Shown here one piece after another: positions 59,701-64,000 of a stretch of DNA of 64,000 nt. The position numbers and the translations under genes are program-made. This stretch comes from Eutreptiella sp. 'Long Island Sound 2002' (lineage: Eukaryota; Protista; Euglenida), in NCBI GenBank assembly GCA_964036045.1, contig OZ038378.1, positions 3,038,001 through 3,102,000 of the forward strand. Reading direction: 5' to 3'. The notes under the pieces were generated by a model, which saw only the letters and a list, made by a program, of their open reading frames with translations, made no database searches and had not been told where the DNA came from. How positions within the stretch are numbered: the first letter of the stretch is position 1; every line of letters starts with the position of its first letter.

Positions 59701-61487
59701 CAGTCCTTTGGGGCTCACCTGACGACAGGGCTTGACAATTCGCACCTGCACAGCCACTGCAGGGCGCTAAGGGGCATTCTTAACTTCACGGCAGCGCCGC
59801 AAAGAAAGATTGCTGTTTTGCAGAAACAAACCAGAGCCGCCATAGGCATTGTTGACCCCTCGGGTTTCCATCCCGGCGCCAACCCTGGTTTGCTTCTTAG
59901 GCTGAAAATTGCCGCGCCAAAATAGCAGAAAACAAAACAAAACGAAACAATTGTTACTGCACCTACCTATTTTTACTAGTGCTGCTCTCTCACTATACCT
60001 CGTCCGCGTTCTTTATCCTGTCACCCCGGTCTCCCGGCTCTTTGTCAGTGCACCAGATGAGCGGTGCCATGAGTCTTGTTGTCCTTTTCTTGTCTTGGCC
60101 GCACGACACCACGACGCCCCGCTCACCCAACCGCCACGAGAGACGGAGTAAGGGTGGATCCTCTTCAGATACAGCCTGAGGCTCTGCTTGAGGTCTGGGG
60201 GGTGTGCTTTCGCGACCACCTACAGCTGGAGCCCACGCTCAACCACTGCAAGCGCCGTGGCCGGACCATGATTGTGAAGCCACACGGGGACCACAAGGCC
60301 CACGGGGGCTGTTGCCTAGGTTGGGGATGAGCCGACCGTCCTTGTTCTGGTGGATTGGGCTGTTTTGCCCTCCCAGCAGAAACCCTCGCCCGGCAGGTTT
60401 CTACTTTTTACCGTACCGGCAACTCGTCAGCACCACGTGGCGCCGGCGAGTTGCATCCATTCCTCAAACAGGTCCGCATACCCGCCACCCAGTGGCTGGG
60501 CCCCAGGTCTGTCGCCCAGGGTTGGGAAGGGAGACTTTCCTATTTACAACAAATCAATATCTTGTTTGACCCAAAGGTTTGAACCAAGCTCGCCTATTTA
60601 AGCACAAAGGTATACTGACACTGCTCGCCAACGATTTATTGACATCCTATTTACCACAATCCAATATCGAGCCTGACAGTCACCTGCCACCCTGTGGCTA
60701 GGCCCCAGGTCGCTTGCCCGGGTTTTGGAAGGGAGACAATGTGTTACACCATGTACCCTGGTTGATATTGACGTTCGTGATTTTGCTTTCGCTGTCTTAC
60801 TCCACTCTCTTGTCAAGGAGCACAAACTCCATGCACTGGTACTGAAGTGGATGTCTCGCGTTTCAGAGCCTATAAGAGAAAAACAGGCATACCTCCCCAA
60901 ACCTTCCCTGTTTGCAACCACCTTCGCAGAAGAGGGCCCGGTCAAGGAGATGGGATGGGATGGGATGGGATGGGATGGGATGGGATGGGATGGGATGGGA
61001 TGGGATGGGATGGGATGGGATGGGATGGGATGGGATGGGATGGGATGGGATGGGATGGGATGGGATGGGATGGGATGGGATGGGATGGGATGGGATGGTG
61101 TAGCACATGCCCTACGGCGTCAGGGGGCTGCCCTCGTCAGGCCCCACATGTCAGGTCCCGGGCTGATCCGCTCTGCCGCTCACAGGATGGTTGATTGAAG
61201 GCGACCGAGAAAGGTGTTTGCCGGCCGCTCAAGTGCAGAACGAACTCAGCGCCGCCATCGAGTCGCACATGGGGGCCCTCGGGCTGGAAATGGCATGGGA
61301 AGCCGGGGACTTCAGCATCAATGACAACCTGGCCGTGGGCCACTATGCAGTTCCTGGCACCCAGGACGCCCGGGAGGTGGTGGGACTGCGAGTGCTGCAC
61401 CGGACCACCATCCTCGGGGAAGGTTGCTCCATGCCCACCAAACAGGATGGCAGGAGGAGCTTTTGGCTGGATGCGAGAGACGTGTGA
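44738..61487 (+). CDS. TauD/TfdA-family 2-oxoglutarate/Fe(II) dioxygenase, 3 exons
   Basis: Exons 44738-44917 (FGVEVLGVNL...HRVLLFRKQ), 46167-46569 (GWHIDGTF...GGHTQF...HPLVYRHP), 61186-61487 (WEAGDFSINDNLAVGH...LRVLHRTT). Phases 0 and 1 join correctly; HxD...H triad complete. The start may have a further upstream exon. Confidence 0.88.
46991..48330 (+). mobile_element. LINE-derived fragment bracketed by ~55-bp direct repeats
   Basis: GAGTGATTCT.GAG.GTGAC.ACCATCGTCG.TTTATGGCCAAGCTACGG at ~46991 and ~48219 (partial third copy ~48312); internal frame CLLDAKLEDHAHVFRHC resembles a LINE zinc knuckle. Confidence 0.55.
47490..48049. repeat. 192-bp inverted repeat (fold-back)
   Basis: 47490-47681 vs 47858-48049, 2 mismatches, 176-bp spacer. 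Confidence 0.92.
50085..50191. repeat. (GGGAT)n microsatellite
   Basis: Read directly from the sequence. Confidence 0.95.
50480..59760 (-). mobile_element. Long LINE (APE + RT + RNase H) in TauD intron 2
   Basis: Contains the 1937-aa ORF, frameshifted C-terminal continuation (51642-52349 with CDKCG...HHQLHEC; 51209-51814) and ~40-bp tandem repeats (GCATCTAGCTC) at 58800-59340. No TSD found; ends approximate. Confidence 0.85.
52371..58184 (-). CDS. LINE polyprotein: N-terminal region, APE endonuclease, reverse transcriptase, RNase H
   Basis: APE: SVNCQGIN, ACQE, GGDWN, GDHLVVW. RT: LLDIVGAFD, GVLQGGGLDPLLY, GYVDD. RNase H: FGDAS, VEATM, WSDS. First ATG at ~58163. Confidence 0.92.
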   Translation of the reverse strand: MVLYRNTMPPAIQTSWGKVRAVQGDPKKIRWEPENGDAATETLGLWLQPGSHRARLMTMHLLCGDVEQAVITEITRLKPDVETATWNTMMLKLQPDEEKDVVQDIAPKAGARLMGIRSKYSLLDAIVEVVRRVSDKGLLTTWSASIIMKDAEARAMWNMAWPKMYRDLDARSEPGDEGDPPLTANQQEERPRGDTDQTEMKKVLALLESLHDLNIPEEDRLQALVAEEYEDEIDMAILLLPATGIYSAVRKRITEATRSEVKWWAKVLVKYVRYVRRDRLEEEDKARAQRAKEAEHTKQQDRDRAQARKWSPKKSSTPTERSRKYAKNNQGAAQRVILPDDTNKTDGDEDVEEQAEEVQDNLKPPAKEDTSHGSAAADTPTGVWKTGEGVNKVVVQRLTRGAKRLRPVLLTGFQYTDAIDSYSAAEEVFGMLSLDFRTFRDMQRQYNEVVMFVPGEQLDTALSGAYRDSFRVSAARDPMQRSDEIEIKELSMLDGLKKIAARIPSPQQTKPEAAVEVAATGVIVDALTDQTVWCLVPPYSPQHAFISLWGFGQCTEMGGTVTFTAGMEDAQRDIAEIAERHGIWGIQNGFQKRPEGSQNERHPLNSTESEWDKAADQFEVVVRSRGHGMQDAPPWVLQQLTQSKAYKRLNKQNKKHKTGGYHPVQTMACPTEDSGTLTLAGERVQPPTRRTGSHSEVLRQGDQRVAVTRILGPKWTGSGTPHEMMAHRVVKLPGRPAIGGAEQLHSGILQCGETKFTLWTEGAALERVGILNFPMAQKCNEEVTVKLWIVMHIWGHGRQHQVLVKETGINRRRQTEETDIGSWWAEICNITKWDPQERHWRDELVKYTEGHGRGAIRINWSAPHWGRQQYEQRAWKAMMVPENSQQVKMRYSLVSVNCQGINREKETPTRKWDEVTTVVVETQADVLACQEMWGSRKKERQRTIAGYWMQQSQHTKVGQANEVWVRLAWARKQAVLLDVPSALIVLVRNAMGLGIVGSVHMAQKNEPHECKGQMVEMLETPDKTPHDREAVGGDWNRDIRFHRETIATLLTKGRTVAYMTGRQHLPKDFFIIKGINQQQRGVWLSPVGDHLVVWVKGEVELAAGAAPSDTKPVTPLQWDKRHNVMFSDLVEAFSGGRTTPQQWMHMIRETVVIVNREFRNQLETETKDDRETIRQLKRVVQGKGWRVRDRVQQSLTAKYWETTVEQWRQVSQPGMAGRTLKILRLKAANPFKILHQVEDTDRECTVEGNEILKVVSKECLKKYPAHTTRVPVEWVEDLVGKHVKDERPQRVERAAESIIRKGAGPVSISALVHRKGEMVNKTAGVDGFTPAFVKLFGIHAAHQFIQILKTGYEQWPEEVKEVLHMTAHKSEGCNVNKNTRPIKILSALLRIQARLLAPLVQTMTRPRWSAGRQFAGYKGSSVHGMRRLMHMLITQALATKGAVGVLLLDIVGAFDEVMRQSIKVVAQQGTPDVRDTVNRVLELYEHLRTYVVTAYGLSEWYKQIDGVLQGGGLDPLLYIIPMHLLHLAVREAGVGVQLRVILGEETVGSMGYVDDTAAAAAAPAKDVAEITQHLADTLRSAIHTLGQRNHSGKMKVLGFKVVNDNIALHKFKVKWGADKVITENRHAHVKLLGGNANITGGYAAIRKVIKTWTNRVIGQLARWPVSAGVTIAVIEGLVENRMVYKCVVNIPTEGQISELTGMVTRAFRGAFGIPRRTPRECVYDIIGRPGPDTQMWVTAIVEYHKAMNSPSQVLNETTRVHWQSEDLHRWDKDVKRLRARVHSMGITFIRVESQQGEVRTLQRPEEITTVRVLYIFGDASNIEQWGGAAMVVDEEGNVWLKKRVTIRAQGLSTKLVEATMIVMALEAVLHAIRKSEVTVQKVWAWSDSLEAIQSLALGQLQQRPASIMDRIIAMGQEATVPLEWGWVQAQHDSQQQD
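60949..61098. repeat. (ATGGG)n microsatellite
   Basis: Read directly from the sequence. Confidence 0.95.
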
Positions 61488-61685
61488 CAGCCAGACCAAA
61501 AAAAAAATCCGCACGTCAGCACGTACCTTGCCGACAGTCCTGGTGGCTGTTGCAGTCGGCAAATGTGCCCAATGTGCGGAATCCGCATGCAATGCTGCGA
61601 GTAGGAGCTGTTGATTTCGCGAATCTGGATCTGAATCGGTGCTCGAACAAAACGCTGATTGCTTGAGCTCATGCGTGTCTCGCAG

Positions 61686-62559
61686 AGGGCAAGCACATTC
61701 TATGCTGTGTGGATTTGGGGTTTTGCAGTTTGAAGGTTGATTTGCGGGACCCCACGTTCGATCCCTTGGATGACGCCGTCATGGGGCAGGTGCACCCACC
61801 GGACAATAACAGGAGTGATCCACCGCCGGCTTTGAACGCCGTCCGACTATCCCGAAGCCTATTAAAGGACATTCCGGACCCAAGTACTTTTCGCATCGTA
61901 TTGAAAGCGCTACGGCTATGGGCAGAGCGCCGATGCATCTATGGGAAGAGCTTTGGGTATTTTGGAGGTGTGAGTTGGGCCATCATTGTGGCAGATGCGT
62001 GTCAGCGGTACCCTGGCGCCTCGGCAGATGACATCTTGATGCGGGTCTTTCAAGAGAATGCGGGAAGACTCAAAGAGTGCGATTCATGGTCTGACTGGAC
62101 GATCATTTTGGGCGACATCATGCACAGGGAGTATGGCTACAGGGTGTTCAATCCGATGAATGTGGACACGCAAGTGCCGCAGATCGTCACACCGTGCTAT
62201 CCTGCCGAGAATACCACCTATGATGTGAATCAAAGCGCGATGGAAAGAATAAGGAAGGAGTTTCTGCGAGCTGCTCACGTCAAGTGCGGGCATTGGGATT
62301 CTCTTTGGGAACCAATGGATTTTTTTTGCGACAGCACGATACTTGTGTGCTACGGAAATTGATAGCCTCCAGCCCGAAGGAGTTGGCGTGTGACTTGGAG
62401 GAGGGTTTGTTGGTCCTGTTGTCGGGGGTGATGGAGGTGGCAGGATCCCAGGCTTTGGGATCAGTGACCTCTATACTGCACGCTCTGGACGCGATGCCGG
62501 GAGGTGATTGGGAGGAGGAAGATGGGGAGAGTTACTATTCCGATGAAGAAGTGAAGTGA
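61686..62559 (+). CDS. PAP: Canonical poly(A) polymerase-like; N-terminus missing, one frameshift at a T8 run (~62320)
   Basis: VDLGFCSL, ALNAVRL, FRIVLKALRLWAERRCIYGKSFGYFGGVSWAI and PQIVTPCYPAENTTYDV match the PAP central domain. In-frame stop at 61664; acceptor CGCAG at 61681-85. The frame resumes as FLRQHDTCVLRKL if one T is removed. Confidence 0.8.
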
Positions 62560-64000
62560 AGAAGATGAAGAAGCTGTGTTGGGGGCCTCTTTTTGGAATA
62601 CGAGCGCAAAACCCCGCTCAGCGGGGACAAGCCGGTGGTGTATATGTCAATGTGGACAAATTCACCCTGTGTCGAGATACGAGCCAACCCATGCCACGCT
62701 CCACTGATACCTCCCTTCCCTCTACGGGTGCAAGCGAACTAACGTCATGCCGCTTTGTGCAAGCACCACTCTCGACGGAGGCAAATGCCAATGACCTCCA
62801 TGCCAATGTGTTCGTCTTGTAGCTTTGCTGCGTCACCATGGCGCATGCTCCATGGGCGTGACAGGTGAAGGTTTCACGAACAGAGTGCAACATCTGCCGA
62901 AGACCACTCTAGGCCAGTCCAGGATAACACGAGGATATTTTGCTGCTGGACTCCACCGGACTGCAACATGCAAATAGATGGGATGCCTTGAGAATTTGTA
63001 ACTTTGACCATTCGGTGGGGAATGGGTTTCTACTGCACCTCGAGCAGCCTCGGGTCTACTTCGAGAAATACTCGAGTATCGTCCTCAGACTTGGAAGCGG
63101 AAGAATTGCAGCTGGTGGGAGTGTGTGTGCATGGCAGCTCATGACATCCTTTTTCCATTGACTTTTCGAACCTGCCCAGGCAGAGGACAATTTGCCACAA
63201 AATATATGACTGAATGAAGAACAGTCCAGTGCAGTGAGCCGGAGAACGTCCTGCCCGTCCACGCTGTCTCTATGGAGCGGGATCTGTGTTATCCTACGCG
63301 GAATAGCATCAGAAACCTTGTGATACCGCTTCGACACATTGAAATGGGTTTTCGTGTGCATGTGCATGTTGCACCGGAACGACAGACTGTAGAAACCAGC
63401 CGAGGCTTCCTGGGCCAGGGCTTCAAAGTAGTGAGCGACGATATTGCCGTAGGGCCGTGTACATATTGTGTTGGGACTGTACACTTAGAGATATACTGCA
63501 CTGGGTGACACACACACACCAGGTCCCACCACCAGAATGACGTGCAGTGAAAAAGAATATGAGCAGGCAGCTTCACAGACGTCCGAAGCCGCCGGCCTCT
63601 TGTTGCATTTGAAAGTTCAAGTACCGCGTGCGATCAGCACAAGGCTGTGAAACGTCCGATCCTCTTTGGTGAACGAGCTGCACAAACTTTTCCATTTCCC
63701 AGTGTAATGATACCCAGGACCGACGTATGTCTGATAACCAATGGTTCTCGCTCATTCCGACCTTTCTGTTCGACCTCTCTTTCTTTGGCCCCTTGCAGCG
63801 CGTGCAGGCTTGTGCTTGGTGTGGCACACAGCGAAAGGGGGGCTGAGTGAGGGCTGGTGGGCGGTTCAGACGCATTTTTCGGTGATTCTTGGCAACTGGC
63901 ACCTCCAGGGGAGGAATGGGTGGGATTTTTGTGGGTGCTGGGTTTACGTGGGCTTGGGACTGGGAATTGAATTGTAAGAGGTTAAAGGTGTAAGGTCTTA

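Noticed and set aside
59700-59905. HDV-like ribozyme at the LINE 5' end
   Set aside because: Hairpins exist but there is no P1/P2/P3/P1.1 nested pseudoknot.

Overview
Eukaryotic nuclear DNA, most likely from an intron-rich euglenozoan (euglenid- or diplonemid-like). The basis is a paraflagellar-rod-domain gene plus long, repeat-filled GT-AG introns. I reconstructed four protein genes by hand: SBDS (minus strand, <1-19971), an LRR + paraflagellar-rod-domain protein (23720-35758), a TauD-family dioxygenase (44738-61487, with a 14.6-kb intron holding a long LINE with a 1937-aa ORF) and an N-terminally incomplete poly(A) polymerase (61686-62559). Introns contain two LINEs, a decayed Penelope-like RT element, three TIR elements/MITEs and many microsatellites. 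The most interesting part is the 3.7-kb interval between the divergent SBDS and PFR genes. It holds clear U2 and U4 snRNA genes, a tRNA-Phe 3' half, two Sm-site RNA candidates, and a ~330-nt highly structured RNA candidate with a TAACCCTAACCCT tract and a T5 terminator, which I propose as a telomerase RNA candidate. All alignments and folds were done by eye, not computed.
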